A stretch of 64,000 nt of DNA from Daphnia carinata (Eukaryota), in assembly GCF_022539665.2 (NCBI RefSeq), contig NC_081331.1, positions 12,152,001 through 12,216,000 of the forward strand. The letters run 5' to 3'. Under the pieces are notes generated by a model that worked only from the letters and a program-made list of their open reading frames with translations, searched no databases and was not told where the DNA came from. Numbering within the stretch: the first letter of the stretch is position 1; each line of letters starts with the position of its first letter. Shown one piece after another: positions 1-14,700 of the stretch. A program made the translations under genes and the position numbers.

Positions 1-3000
1 AGGTCCCATAGAAAATGCGTCTTTCCTTTACCCTTTTTATTTCCTTTCGAGTTGTTCGGCATCCCAATTCATTTGAGATGTTATTTCAGACGATAAGTGC
101 TGCCCCGCTTCTAAATGTGTATCGAACAACGGCTCCATTTGTAGAGACATCACAGCAGTTGGTTCACTATTGACATCCATACTTCCTAATACAATAGAAC
201 TAAAATCTGTGTACTGCTTAGCCAATAATCCTCAGCCCCTCTGAACTGGATTTTTAATTCACGTTTAAGATGTTATTATATTTGCGTAGTTATCACTTTG
301 CGTAGTCTTTTTGTAACACTTTTTCATCACTTGGATGACCAACCACAAAAGGATTTATCCATTTGAAATTTCATGATAGGGACCCAAGTCTGCCACACCA
401 TGGACGAGCTCTTTCCTAATATAGAAACTCGAACAGTAAACTCGGAACGTGCTTAAATATTTATTCATCTCGCTTGTTGACTACAGCTAAGTATAAACTT
501 CAATTGTGAATGTTTGGTGGAGAAGCCTATTTTTTTACTGCCTATATGGGAATCGTGCTATCGTCGGTGCAATGCTAAATTGGCTGTAAAACAAATGCGG
601 AAAAACTGGTTTGAAAAGACGTCAGAGCGGCTCGCGCAAATTGCGAGAAAAAGCGAATAAAAATGATGGGGGACAACAAAAGCGTTTACGTGCTAGCAAT
701 TTTTAATCAACATTCTATTTTCTGAACATATACTCCCCTTTTTCCTTTTTTAGCGTCATATTCATCTTGTTCGGCGTTTATTTTTTGTTTAAGGGTTTTG
801 ATAGGCTCTGCCTATTTCGGCGATAAAGGCTGATTGATCGCCATGCTTATCAGTATCCCTCATATGTCCCGATACTCTCTATACCGGACAGTATTGTCCA
901 AAGGCAGCGATATTGATTTGATTATCGAATTATACCATATAGATAGTTTCGCTACTTACGTGACTTCTACATCTGTATAAAGTTCTGTCAGCCTATCTAC
1001 GATCCCGCAGTAGTTATTTACATTCAAACATCATGTACTTGACTATATTGAAACACAATGTATCAGTATAAGCAATGTACACAACATGGAAGTATAGATT
1101 TATTTATATTTTCCCTTGCAAAGGTCACCTATCAAAATCGGTGACTTTCTTTCCAATTCCGTGAGAGTCGCGGTTTCGTAGTTCTATTGTGCGATGCGAG
1201 TGAACGCGCAGTTGTCAAACAAATCAACTTGATTGGTTGTAGAATTCCATTTTGAATCCGCATCTAAAACTGTTCTCCATTCTAACGTATACAAGCCCTG
1301 AGAAAGTGTGGGCTTCGTTACTGTATATGAATAATCATTTGGTGGACAAAATTATGTTAGCTTGACATTATACCAATAGCTTATTAGTCCCGCGTTTAAT
1401 GGCCGTCGACTTAAGGCTGTCTGTTAGATACATCACAATTTCAGTGCTGGTATATTTTAGAAAATTATGTTTGAGGTTGCAGTTGGCACAGTTGCTTTCA
1501 TCTAAGCTGACAGCAGCTCTGACGTCATTCTTCCTCGTCTACGCAATCGAGACGCTTTTGCAAGTTGAAAAGGTCTCCTACTGTATTTTGTGGCGACAAA
1601 CTTGCCAATCGACGAGCTGCTGGAAGTTGGTTTAAGCCAGTGACGGAAATCTTTCAGTAAATGGATAAACATCTGAAGCAACGTCTGTTGCTATAGCCGT
1701 TCGAAAAGAATTTTGACAATGTTTTAACATTATGAGTCCACTAAACATCTTAATATTTTGTTATGATACTATTATGTTATGTACTAATCCTCTGTATTCG
1801 TATAATCCGGAGACTGTATAATTATTCAGAATAAGCTGATTCGGTCTAACCCAAACAACTCATTTTGACGGTGTAATCCGGTGTGTAGGCTACAGCCCTT
1901 GAGCACAGATGTAAAAAATGTTTCAATTATTCAGTCTGATTAAGTTCAACAGTATGTTGTCATACCCAGAGGACACAAAGCTGACTTCCGATATTTGTAT
2001 AAAAATAGAAGAACTGTCATAGAAATTATAACCAGTGGATTTCGCTATAACAATAGGACAGAAAAAGCATTTTCCAATCGATTTTGTACGTAACGATTAC
2101 ATTGGTAGGCACCATTCAGACAATGTTCAGTTTTGTTTGAATTGGTCTATGATTTGGCGTTTAATAAAAAGCAAATTATATAAAAATGAGAAGAACGCCT
2201 TTGCCTATAAAGATAAGCTGTCTATAATCATTTTGAAAGAATACAAAAAAAAAGGGTTCCACAAATAAAAAAAAAACTAAATGCAAATAAAAAGCTGGGA
2301 TATAGGAGGCAGCAACATATATGCTACGGCCGGTGACGTGGAAAATCTTTTCACATAACGGGCATATGTATTATATGGCCGGGGCAAAGTTGACACGACA
2401 CATCGGAAACTAGAAACTCTTTTTGCTCCTTCTGTAGAGCATGACCTTTTTTCCCTCCGCCTTTTTATACTTCTACTGGTGCATACGCCCTTCTGATTCC
2501 TGTCGTCCCAAACATGAAAACCGCAGCTGCACGAAGAGTCTATTTGGCTTCATCCGTTCAACGGAGGAAAACTCTTCTCTCTATAAAGTCACTTCCACAT
2601 GTCATTTTTATCTCATCTCCTCGTAGTTGTCTGGCGTGGCTCCGAAATGTGATGTTCTTTCGCCACCGCTTTTGCTGTCTCCATGTAGAACACAATCACG
2701 ATATAGCCTATCATCCGCTTTGCTCCCGATGAGGCAAAATGTCACGCGCCGACAAACAAAACATCAAAATGCCAACAACTTTTTTGTTTCCTTTTGCTTT
2801 CTCTCGATGCTTCGGAAAATATTAGCATTTCTCTTTTTTCCTGTTACGTACAGTTTTTATGTGTCTAATGTTATGAGATCACAAGCGAAACGGATGATTC
2901 GTTCTTGTGTTGTGATTCCATTATATTACAACAGCATTTTAAAGAAATTCAATAAAGTTTCTATGAAATTTTTACGCATCCAAGTGTGGGCACGGATGAT

Positions 3001-6000
3001 CGATGTTGTCCAGATTTAAGTTCCCGGTATATAAAAAATATGGAAAAGAAACTAGACATTTGCACTTCCACCGTGTGAGCAAAAATGTGTTGGAAGTCCT
3101 CACTTTTTGTTTTTTTGTATACGAGTGGCAGCAAGGGATGGCCTCTAACGAAATAGCAATAGAACTTCATTATTTTTTTTCTATTTCTTTACGATAGAAA
3201 TGTCACGAACTTTCGTTTACTATTGAAGAATATCAATCGAAAGGCTTGTTTTAATGATGAATAAATAAGTAATGTAAGCAATTCTAACAAATATATGCAC
3301 ATTTTCAATTTTAAAGTGCCGTTCGATGAAAGCACACGTATTTTAGAATTTAACTCGATCACGTAATGGCGTTAGAGGTCCTTTACTTAATTGTACAAGG
3401 CCAATGTAAAAACCAGAAGTATAAAAAAATCATTTTAGCTGCTAAATCTTTTCACGAAAGGTTGCTATAATTTCGTGTGATCAGTTTGGACGTTGGATGT
3501 CACGCGTTCCGAGTGAATTTTCTTTTTATACGGACGTCGCCTGTACAATATCTCCTGTACTATTGGCGTAACTGTCTGTAAAGAATTGGAAAGGCTCAAA
3601 AACAAATCTTACGAAAAAGTTTTATTAGAAAAAAAAAAAGAAAACGGCACGCACGCGAACAGCCAACGTGCACGTAGAGAGCCTATGTAAGCTGCCGTGT
3701 GTATAAGCCTCTCGTAACCAATTAGACAAAGAGCTTTAAGTGTACGGGCGTATTTCTTTAGAATGCTTGATGGATGTACGCCTCGACCTCGTTTTCAGTT
3801 TAGTTTTAAATTCAGGGCAACGTTTTTGTTTGACAATTTGGCTCCGAGAAAATCCAAGACCAGCAAGCTAATTTCATAAATCTCTGCATGTCAAGGATTT
3901 TGTTACCTCCGTAAGGGATTCTTTCTAAGAATATTGTGCCCAATGTTGCACAGAGCAAGTAGCCGAATGCCTTTGGCTGGACCATGTAGCGTCATAATTC
4001 TTATACTGACGTCTTTCAACTCTGAATATAAGAATAATCAAAACCAAGAAATGCGGCACTATGTCCAGGTGAAGGATGTAATGGAAACTTGTATATTTAT
4101 AGCGCATACCATGGGGCCATAATCTATTTATGGTGCATAAAGTACTCTTGCTATGAACTAGAAGATTATCAAGATATTTTCAATAAAAGAATTCATCATC
4201 AGAGAACGAGAGCAAGGCTGTATTTCAATAGCCATCATTGCGATATATGTAGGCTAGTACAAACAAATAAGAAGAAAGGGACACTCACATAACTTCGTAC
4301 TTGAGGTATATATCGATCGATAATAATTGCGGAAAGACAATGGGTCGTAGCAAATTGGAGAGTCACTCTGTCACCATTCAGCGAGCAAATATATGTTTGG
4401 ACAGACCAGCATCTATATACTGGATGCATGTTATTATAGGTCTATTTATATAGCGCGTGTCTATAAATAGCTTGCTTGTTTTATATGAAGTCCGAAGCTG
4501 TTGGGCAGCTTAGCATCGACCGATTTTATGATTGGCAATTGACGTCATGAAAAACTAGCGAAATTATTCTCGTGTCTGTCTACGCAATTGTATCATATCC
4601 TTCTTCTTGGTCCATGGTTTTGTTAGTTTGGTTTTTTTTATCCATCGTAATAAAGCATTCAGGTAGTCATCCTAATTTACATTTATCATGCTGGCATCTA
4701 CTGTATGGTTCGATTTCACTGCATATTTGCTGCAACCGCTTTCCATTGTTTAGCATACGATATAGCCGTATATTGTGTACATTCTAGGAAAATGTTCCTT
4801 GACGGCACAACTCACTATGGAGGGCTTGACATTTTTCAGAGCATCTTTTGCTCGGTACATCCGTGTCCTAGTTTCTTATTTCTAGGGATTTTTTTGTGTT
4901 GTTGATTTAACTATCAAATACCCTGTGTGTTCGGTCATGTCGTACAACAGCATATCATCTACTGCATAGAAAAGCAGTAGCGACAGCCCAATGTTCACAT
5001 TTCGCATTCCATACCGCACAATCGCTGCATAGCTGCTGCATTGCATACAAAACAACGTTTCTATGTCATTTGCTAGGCCGAAATAGCGCAGGATTGTCTA
5101 TAAATGCATACGACGCCATCATATGTGCTTGTACAAGATAAAAACAGAGGCAGATATCAGAATTGAGACTCCAGTATTTTCCTTCAATTACACGAATCAT
5201 CTATAAATGTAAAACTCACATTTTGGTTCGCAATCCTTAAAGAAATCACAAAAAGAATGGATATTTCTTATAGTCTTTTGTATTAGCAATGTTTGAAAAA
5301 ATTAATGCAAACAAACCAACAACAACCAAACACCAACTATACATAGTCTTGCGTTTAAATCGATACTTCTGCAGGTTAATGAGGAGTAATGGTGACGAAG
5401 CTTCCTAAGGTACACGTTACATACAAAGTATAATTATACAACAACTAATGCGTACATCCGAGAAGGATTTATTGCAACTGCGCTATAAAGGCTACGAACC
5501 GTAACGAGCACAGCCCATTGGTAGGAGTGCCCAGGAGAACGGACGAGAGAATAAAAAATTTAGTGAAAATGGGTAAGATGAAAAAAGCAGTAAAAGAGAA
5601 ACCACTCAAAGTCGATGTTGGACTTATTTGTTGGTTGTATAGACAAGTACATAGATATCTCGTGTATCTTCTGTATTGCTCCGTATATGTACTGTATATC
5701 TAACCATAGTGTATCTACAGTGCCACGTACACTCTATTTCAATGAACATATTGTACTATGTGCAGCCTAACATCTTGATAACGTTTTGGGGAAAATGCTA
5801 TACCTCAGGAATGACAGCTCTAGCAACGGGCAACATGCTGCGATAAAATCAGAGCCATAAAACGCAGAAGCAAAAATGCCACTTATATAATCGTCAGGAT
5901 CACATGCATATAATAGACTAATGTGTATATGCAGCTGCCCTCTTGCCATGGTAGGGAAACTGTATTAGTTATATAATATAAATATAACTGAGACGGAAAG

Positions 6001-9000
6001 GTCAAGTGTTATATTCAAGAAACTATGCAGTAGCCGACTTTGTAAAGGTTCGGGTTCATTTCGGTCAAATTGGATCACGCAGATGGTCTGCCATCCCATT
6101 GCTTTAGGGCCTACACCTATGGCTATTACAATGTCCGAAGCGAATGTGCCCAAATGAACAAATTTCCCAATTGCAGTTCGCTTCCGTCGTCGGCAAAATC
6201 GGCTTACACGGCTAATCGGTAGAACGTATGCTACGCAAAGAAATCAGGCACAATTAATTTGTGTTACGCAGCAGCAATACATGTGGCCGCTGGACTAGCA
6301 GTAGTAACACAATTTCATATAGGTTGAATAGACGTTGACGCGTTGGGTCGGCTCCTTTTTTTTATTGTTTAATTATCGCATTACCAGACATCACATAAAC
6401 TACCTGTATTACCTGTAAAAATGAACCCCAAAAGTAAATCAAACACATCAGTCTTTTCAATTTGATTATTATTATCCTGCCTATATTTCGACTGTAAAAC
6501 AATTATCCATCGCTTTGTTGAGATATCAATTAACAATGCCAGCTGGCAGGCCTCACTCTTTGTTCGAATAACAATAATGGCTCAGAGCCAAGTGGAAGGT
6601 ATAAAAGGCTTCAGTAACCGATCGAATAAACACCTTTATTTTTCCCAAAGTTGCTGCTGCCCTCTCCCCGAATTGAAATTGTGTATATCGCAATGCTCGG
6701 TGGCGAACGATGTAAAGACTAGCGGGTGGCAAAGAGTATATGAGATGGATTCTGTATTAATTATGTTATCAGTTATCAAAGAGAGTTTGCATTCGTTGAT
6801 TGGGCGCTACCGTAAAATCCATTAGCTCTTAAAGTGAATGTATATATATAGAGAGAGAGAGGCAAACCGCAGAGCCTTAATTGAAACTAGCTTTTGCTTA
6901 TAACATCTGGAGCGAGGAGAATAACAACGGCAGGGACAGCGGGAGTTGAAGTGTACGATTGAATAAAACGGAGCCCAGCGAAGAGGGCGTGTTAAATTGC
7001 ATTTGAATCAGCATGGGAGTGAACGAGAGAACCGCTATTAAGCGGGTCTACATCTAGGGCTAAATGGAAGACGCACGGTCCGATAAGTTCCTCTACGTTG
7101 TGGCGTGCAACAGCGCTGGCAACGTAAGGCAAAATCAATAGGATCCTATCTCTCCCTCTGTGTTTGCAGCCTATGGTAACAAACAGGCGTCAGCTTATTT
7201 ACTTTTTACAGACGAAAAACACATACAAAAGGAGATATGCGAATATGAGCGAAGTCATCATTCCTTCTGAGAATTGCTCCTTGCTAATATGTTATTCTCC
7301 CGCTCACCGAAAATAGCCAATGCGGGCATAATATTAATATTCTTTCTACTTATTTCTGAGATTGTCGTTGCTGTTTGGCTATTGCGCTTCGCTAGATACC
7401 CTTCTGAGGAGCAGCGATCGAATTCCCACAGGCACTCTGCAAGAGCTTGAAAGACTATTTTTTGTTTTCTCTTTATATTCACATCGTACACCCTGGCCTT
7501 TTAAACTATGTACGCATTCCCATATGATTGCGGAAGAGCGATCAGACAAATACCGTCCTCTCTCGCCTTTCGTGAACCGGTCCGATGTGCCCGCGTGAAT
7601 ACATTCGAAAGTACAGTGCGTGTGATGCGTATTGAAAGAGCTTCTACGGACACAGGTCGTGGCCTTTATGTCTCTATCTTTAACAGCAGGCTTTATATAT
7701 AAACTTCCATGTATCACGCACGTGTCTATCTATCCTTCAATTCTGTGGCGTGTGTCCTTGCAAAACGTAGAACACGAACACGGACGATCAAGCCAACAGG
7801 TTTCCCATTTGCGCCCGTAGTCGTAGATGATTCTACGGACAATCCCCGTAACTATACGAGTCTACAGCTATATACGGGGGGCGGTGAATGTGGCTGCTCA
7901 AACTTCTGTTGGTCCATTTCGAAAAACGTGAAGATGGCGTGTGACGGGTCCTTCGGTACGGACTAGTAGAAAAACTTGAAGGATCAGCGTCGTTCTCCGG
8001 GTGAACGATTCGTGCAAACACGAGTCACAACACTTGGAAGAAGTTTAATTATGACTCCCAAACATGCGAGACAAACATTAGGCTAGTCGCTTTTAAAAGA
8101 TCCAGAAAGGCTATTGTAGAAACGTGTCATCTTCTTCGTTCCTCCTCTTTTGCACCAAGTTTTACTATCCACCTTTTTGTTTCGTTGGCCAATTAAACCA
8201 ACGTGGTATTCCGTGAAAAGGTCTGCATTTTCGTCCATAATTAATGATTCATTTGCGACCACTAGCAAGTATAACTTACTTGCCTGTGTTCCTCTAGTGG
8301 TGGAGAAATGTGAGGGTAATTGCTGAACAGGAGCGGATATTTCAGGGCAAAACCGCCCACTTGTACTACGAGGAAGCGATCAATAAATGATGTTCGGATA
8401 GTTGGGGAGGAAACAAAATGTTGGAATGGCTTCCAAAATGCAACGTTTCTCGTTTTCTTTTTCAACCTAAAAGGCTACTGGTATCTGCATAATATAATAC
8501 TCGAGCTATTAAGTAAAAATGCGTTGGCGTGTGCACCCAATTCGTATGTCTGTTGGTTAATGAGCATCATCACACTGGATTTTCATTATCAATAATTTCG
8601 TCTACAGTCGAAACTATACGATGGTCAAGCTCATTATCTTAGCTAATAGGTTTCTATTTCGAGCAACAATTATCTTTGAAATTTGTTCTGTCATGATGTA
8701 ACGATTGATCTTCCGCCAGAGCGATAGCCGAAGCACTCGTTACGCAATTATATCGTTCGTAATGGAAATGGTTGCTTCGTAACACGATCGAATGCGAAGT
8801 TGGATCGCAAATCTATGCAAGCTGTCTTTCCTTGTTTGTTAAACAAAAAAAAGCAGATGATTCAAAAGTTTTAACTTCAACATTTAGGCTAGTTAAATAA
8901 AATGGAAATGATTTCATGTATGACATTTTTGGGGTTGTCGGAACGTTATAGTTACATGATAAACTGATTGTAAGCTTGTGACGCTAATGGACAATACTGT

Positions 9001-10112
9001 GCAGGAGAAGCAGCAACCATGACCTTTGATGGAAAATTTCTTTTCCTTAATTGCATGCCACTGTTTCACCATTGTTCAAATTTGAATAATTCAATTGTGT
9101 CAATCATCTGTCTCGATGGAAAGAATTCTATTTTCAATTCTATTTTAGAAACGTGCTGATCGGTAAAAGACTTGCATTTACAGATGTGCTCGTTCAAATA
9201 TCAGGATCATTGTTCTTTCTTTATCTTTTTCATTCCAAAAAGTTCACTAATACGAAAAAAGAAATAGAAAGGAAACAGTACAAAATGGGCTGACTATGCT
9301 GGAAAAACCAGATCAAATGTTTATATTAGTGCAGTTGCATAGACATTCGCGCTGTTCATCCGATCTATCACTTTCCTTTTAATGGACAAGTCACACCGGA
9401 AGGCGAATTTTGCAGCGTCAATTTGCGATACTCTGTATACATTTTTCGCATTTTTTTTTATCATTTTGTTTTTCCTTTTTAACGTGGGCGGTTCTGTTTT
9501 CTGATGTTCTGCTTTCCATAATCCATAAAGAATTTTGCGCTTTTCTTATTGCGCATCACATTGCCAGACGCAATTGAAACACTTGCCTTGCAGTCGAAGC
9601 TCCTTTTGTTCCTATTCGATTTCGTTTTACTTAACTACAGCGACGACTTCTCACTGTACTGCAATACCATGAATTACAGTTTCCATAAAATGGAAGGGCG
9701 TGGCAACGAATCGTGTATAAATATTATTCTCTGTTTCTGCAAAAAAGCAATTGAAGATTCTATTTTTTTTTTTTTTGAGGGGCTAATGGGTTTCTGTGTT
9801 TGAATCGATAATGGCCGAGGAAACAACTACTTTGTGTTATACCTTACACAAAGATATTTAACGGAAAATGTCTTTAAATGTAAGTGGCTCCTAAATTTCT
9901 GCTTTATCTGTTGTCTTGATTCATCGTGCGCAGTTGTTGGTGCTCAGGAACGATGCTACACCTGTGCATTCGAAAGCGTAACTTCGCCTCTAAGCCTTAC
10001 ATGTATAAACTCAAAGTGTATAGGGGCTAACGTTATTTGGGTCGAAAACTAATTTGTGAAAGGGATTAGTACCCTAGCTAGAGCTTTACCCATTTATCCA
10101 CATCTAAATCCG

Positions 10113-10169
10113 CATTACATGAACTCGACGACTTTCTCCGTCGATTGCCTTTGTCTCCTACGCTTGGAC
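10113..10169 (+). pseudogene. 57-bp duplicated fragment of the CNG coding exon
   Basis: 48/57 nt identical, ungapped, to 12550-12606. It translates [19 protein letters not shown] versus [19 protein letters not shown]. Confidence 0.8.
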
Positions 10170-11724
10170 GTAGGCAACTATCGGTCACGTTATTTGTGAA
10201 TTGTATAGTCGATTACATAATGTTATTATCACTTTTAACAGCTGCTTCTTGGTGGCATTAATCACTCTTGTATAAAACTTTTTTCACATGCTTCCCCTTT
10301 TTGAACTCCCCATAAAATCGTTGCCTTTCAATTTTTTTCTCGTATTTGGGTTGGTATGTCGCAATTGCTTTGCTGAGAAACGGTTCGCAAAAAATTGCGT
10401 CCCACCCTTTCTTTCAGACGTCGTAAAAGTCGGTAATCTTTATTTCTTTTCCCATGTACATCTTTTATCGTCATTTCAGGGTAAACGGAAAGGAAAGAAT
10501 GAGGACTTCTGAATCATATAGCATATACATCCCTTTGTTTCGAAGGAGAGTGTCCCCCTAAAAGACAAATCAATACTGGGATGTTTTCTGCCAATGTTGG
10601 TTTCAAAAAGCAACATGGAACAACCCTATACTTATTGGCCTTTCCTTAATATTCCCGATTGTGTCCTTAAGGACGTTATACATTTCAGTCAAGAAAAGGA
10701 AAAGAATTAATATCCAAGAAAGGAGGAAGAAAAGAAATTTGTTTATAGGGAGAATCAGTGAAAAAGAAAATTGGAAGTTCTCACTTCCTGCCCAATTTCG
10801 AGGATTGATTGGATCCCAATGGCGCGACACGGGATCCTATATAAAATAATATACAGCACATCACACGCTGGGGTTATTCAGTACGTTTCTCAGTAAAACA
10901 CGTGCAACGCGGAGCTTTTTATTGGTGAGGCGATTTCGATAGGGCTGATGCCCGCAGCAGTCACGCCCTGGCGAATGGCAATAACCCACCAGCACAAAAT
11001 TCTATTAAACATGGCTGTCTCGCCCGACCGCATTTACGTGTAAAAGATGGTGTCGGGTATATCCCTGTTTAGGCTGCAACACAGTGTATATCTAGCGGCC
11101 TATTACGCCTGTGGTATTGAATTACATGTATTGATATACACAATACTCATCGATTACAGATATTAAAATTTGATTATCAAAAGCGAAAGCGACTAAACAT
11201 ATGGTCTTAGTTAAATGAAACTGCAAAGAAGTTTTGTTCGATATTTAACTTTAGAAAAGATAGTGAGAAAATGAAATCAATAACGAAAAATAAGCAATGG
11301 CTGCCATGGAGAGGGTGGCAAGTCCGTTTGTCGTCACCACCGCTTCATGCCAAGAATGATTTAACATGATCTCGCTAAGACGGAAAATAGAATAGTTTTT
11401 ATTTTATTTGAGCAATTCATAGTTGAACGTAGGAAATCAGATGAGAATCAAGATCGACTTTTATTTTATTCTTTATCCTTCACAGAGATAAATAGGACCC
11501 TGTAGGCCATAAACTAAGTCATTGTCTCTTGACACCCATTTAAATCTTTGTCTCTTCCTCTGGCTTCGTAATACATAAATCCTTTTCTTTGTTCAAAATC
11601 ATCGCGATGATTGATGAATATTATTTCCATACGTAGCTCAAGGATATTTGTTTATTGCTCACTTAGCATCGTGATTCATACAAATTTGCTATTTTATTTA
11701 GGCATTATCACGTCAGCGCGTTTG

Positions 11725-14700
11725 ATGGAGGACCGACTGAGCGGTTCAGGCACGCGAATCAACACAGTGGCGTCGAGCAACAGCGGCTTATTTACAGCGG
11801 GAGGCAGTTCCGTTGGCTCTTCTTCGGCCACAGGTGCAACCGGCGGATCATCTTTTGTCGGTGGACCTCCGTCCTTGTCCCGGAATCGGTCCTTCTCCAA
11901 GCATTCGCTCTTAGAGATTGTCAGCAATCGAATAAGCGGGTCTGGCGTTGTTGGAACGAGTTCGGCAGAAAGCAGCGGTGGTATCGGATTGACGAAAAGA
12001 TTCTCCCGCGAGTCTTTCTCAGCTGCTTGCGTCAACAAAACGCAACAACCGCAACAACAGCAACTGCTCCAGGCCAATGATTCGTTGTCTCCGTCTGCCG
12101 CCACTGAATTATTGGCGTCTTCGACGACGAGGAGATCGCGAGATGCCCGCCGGCGTGATCTGAAGAATAAATTGAAGCTGGAACGCAACTGGGATGCCCG
12201 CCAACTGGAACTCGGAGGTAATGGTGCTCATAACTTTGCGTCAAGTGGGGCTAATGGTGGTGGTGCATCGTCAGGACCGAGAAGTGGTTGCAAATGGACG
12301 TTCGTCTTTGATCCGGCCGGCCGTCTGTGCTACTATTGGTCGATGGTGGTCTCACTGGCCTTCCTCTACAACTTCTGGGTGCTCATCTACCGCTTTGCCT
12401 TCCAGGAGATCGCCAGCGACACGCTGGTGATGTGGTTGTGTCTCGACTACTTTTGCGATTTGGTCTACGTGCTGGACATTGCCTTCCACTTCCGGACGGG
12501 CTATCTGGAGGAAGGTGTGCTACAGACAGACGCCAGCAAACTGCGCCAGCACTACATGAACTCGACGACATTCTACGTCGATTGCCTTTGCCTCCTCCCG
12601 CTCGACTTCCTTTACCTATCCATCGGTTTCAATTCCATGTTGCGATGCTTCCGGCTCGTCAAGATCTACCGCTTCTGGACGTTCATGGACAGGACGGAAC
12701 GGCACACCAATTACCCAAATGTGTTCCGATCCATCAGTCTCGTCCACTACTTGTTGGTCATCTTTCACTGGAACGCCTGCCTCTATCGGATCGTCATGCG
12801 CAACAACAGCTTCGACCAGTCGCTCATCAGAGAATGGCAGTGGACTACTCCGCCCGATCCCAACGACGGCGTCGGCCAATACCTCCAGAGCTTCTACCTC
12901 TGCACCTTGACGCTGACGACCACCGGCGGCGTCCTCAAACCTCGCACCAAAGGCGAACTCTTGTTCGTCATCATCCAGCTCATTTTCGGGCTCATGTTGT
13001 TCGCCACTGTACTCGGACACGTCTCCAACATCGTCATCAATGTCAGCGCTGCTCGAAAAGAGTTCCAGGGTATGTTGAAATACAGTTTTAGTATACATAT
13101 TTCAATTCCAACTTTGTATTGCCTTTAAAAAGTTGGACTAGATTCCCTAGTGCCTTAATCGTTCAATATTCAGGACGGTGTAGTTGTCTGTCGGGTACTG
13201 TGAGGTAGAGCATCGCACTTCTTTGATGTTTACGTTGGTCCATCATCAAAGCAAAGCTAGTAGTTTCTTACTCAGAACTAAAAAGCAAGCGACTACTGGC
13301 ACTTGCAAGTCGAGGGACGTCTCGTTTTAAACCGCCAATCGTTGTACGTTGCCTCAGTCTTTACTTTTCTACCGAATTTCGTAGAACACCATAAGCGGTA
13401 CAATTGCAAAACAGAGAGAAATGCGTTAAAATAAAAAAAAACTGTTTATTTAAAATTTTGACGTATCATATGTAATATTCATTAGGAGTTTTGTGGTGCT
13501 AGCAAATGGGAAAGCAAACTTAGTTCGCTGTGTGCGCGAGCATGTTGAAATGAACTTTGGCGTTGTCCTGCGAACTGCGAACAGGAATCTGGATATTTGA
13601 ACGTTGAGCTGTGAAATTCTCCGAACTTATCTGGCTCGATTGATGTTTGTAAATCATGTGGTGCTTAGTTGACTCGTCCGAATTCAACCTTAGTTGTGCT
13701 GGTTCATCCTGGGGAAAATGATCGCTTTCATCCGCTTGATGAGAAGCAACGGCCGTGTCAAAAACGTCAACATGCGGCATTTCACCAACGGAGATTTCAC
13801 TGTACGGAACTTTAACCTCAGGGACAGGAGCTATGTAACCCGTGGGCGCAGATAGCGGAGGATCACACTTTGTGGGATTAATGATGCAAATGATAATGTC
13901 TTTTGGCAAAAGTTTCAGTTTGGCGGTTAAGTAGTAAAATGGGCTGTACATGTTCATGCTTGACCCAGCAAATATCGGAGTTGAGCGGACCATTGATTGC
14001 GACGTTATCCCGGAATGTAGAATCACGGGGGCTGTCGTTGCGACTGAGATAAACGCAGAGAAAAGAACCTTTGCCAGAAAATGAAAGACAAAAATAAAGG
14101 TCAGAGGGTACAGAAAGAAAACGGACCATTGTGACCAATTGACTACCACAACACATCATAGTTCCTTACAAAAAAATTCATGACGATGTTCGTAGTTTGA
14201 GATGAGACGTAACACTGACTACGATCTGGTTATGCCTTTTCTAATGTTTACAAGGAATCGCACTGGGCACAGAGTACGGTGAGGGTTCAACTCTTGACCG
14301 CTCTGGCTTTTCGTCTACACCCAAGTGCTGCTCGACCTCACGATAAGATAAACCCATTTATGTACAGAGGCATTTGATTTCCATTTACACCCGAACTTGA
14401 TGCGTAACCACCAAGACCTTTTCTCGTTTTGTTTTTCAGTTCATTACTTATACGACTAGCTTGCAACTTACGATTTAGTGTAAAACGATACTTGGTCCGC
14501 TCGTTAAATCCAACGACACGCTTCTGAAATGATTTAGCTTTTTCGAACTTCTTTTTGAATGTCTCGAGTGTGTGAGAACTTTTTGACAGGGCATCCTATT
14601 TGCTAAACACGAACAAAATAGACTTTAGATAATGGATGTTCGTGTAAACGAGCACGAAGGCCGTTAACTATTTTAAACAGCTCGAATATGATTTGTGTCA

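Noticed and set aside
37..225. 62-aa minus-strand ORF at the window edge
   Set aside because: No recognisable motif. It could be part of a gene extending off the window, but this cannot be supported here.
11694..13098. Overlapping ORFs of 164, 254 and 160 aa on alternative frames and strands of the CNG exon
   Set aside because: These are shadow ORFs caused by GC-rich, C-ending codon usage and show no independent protein features.
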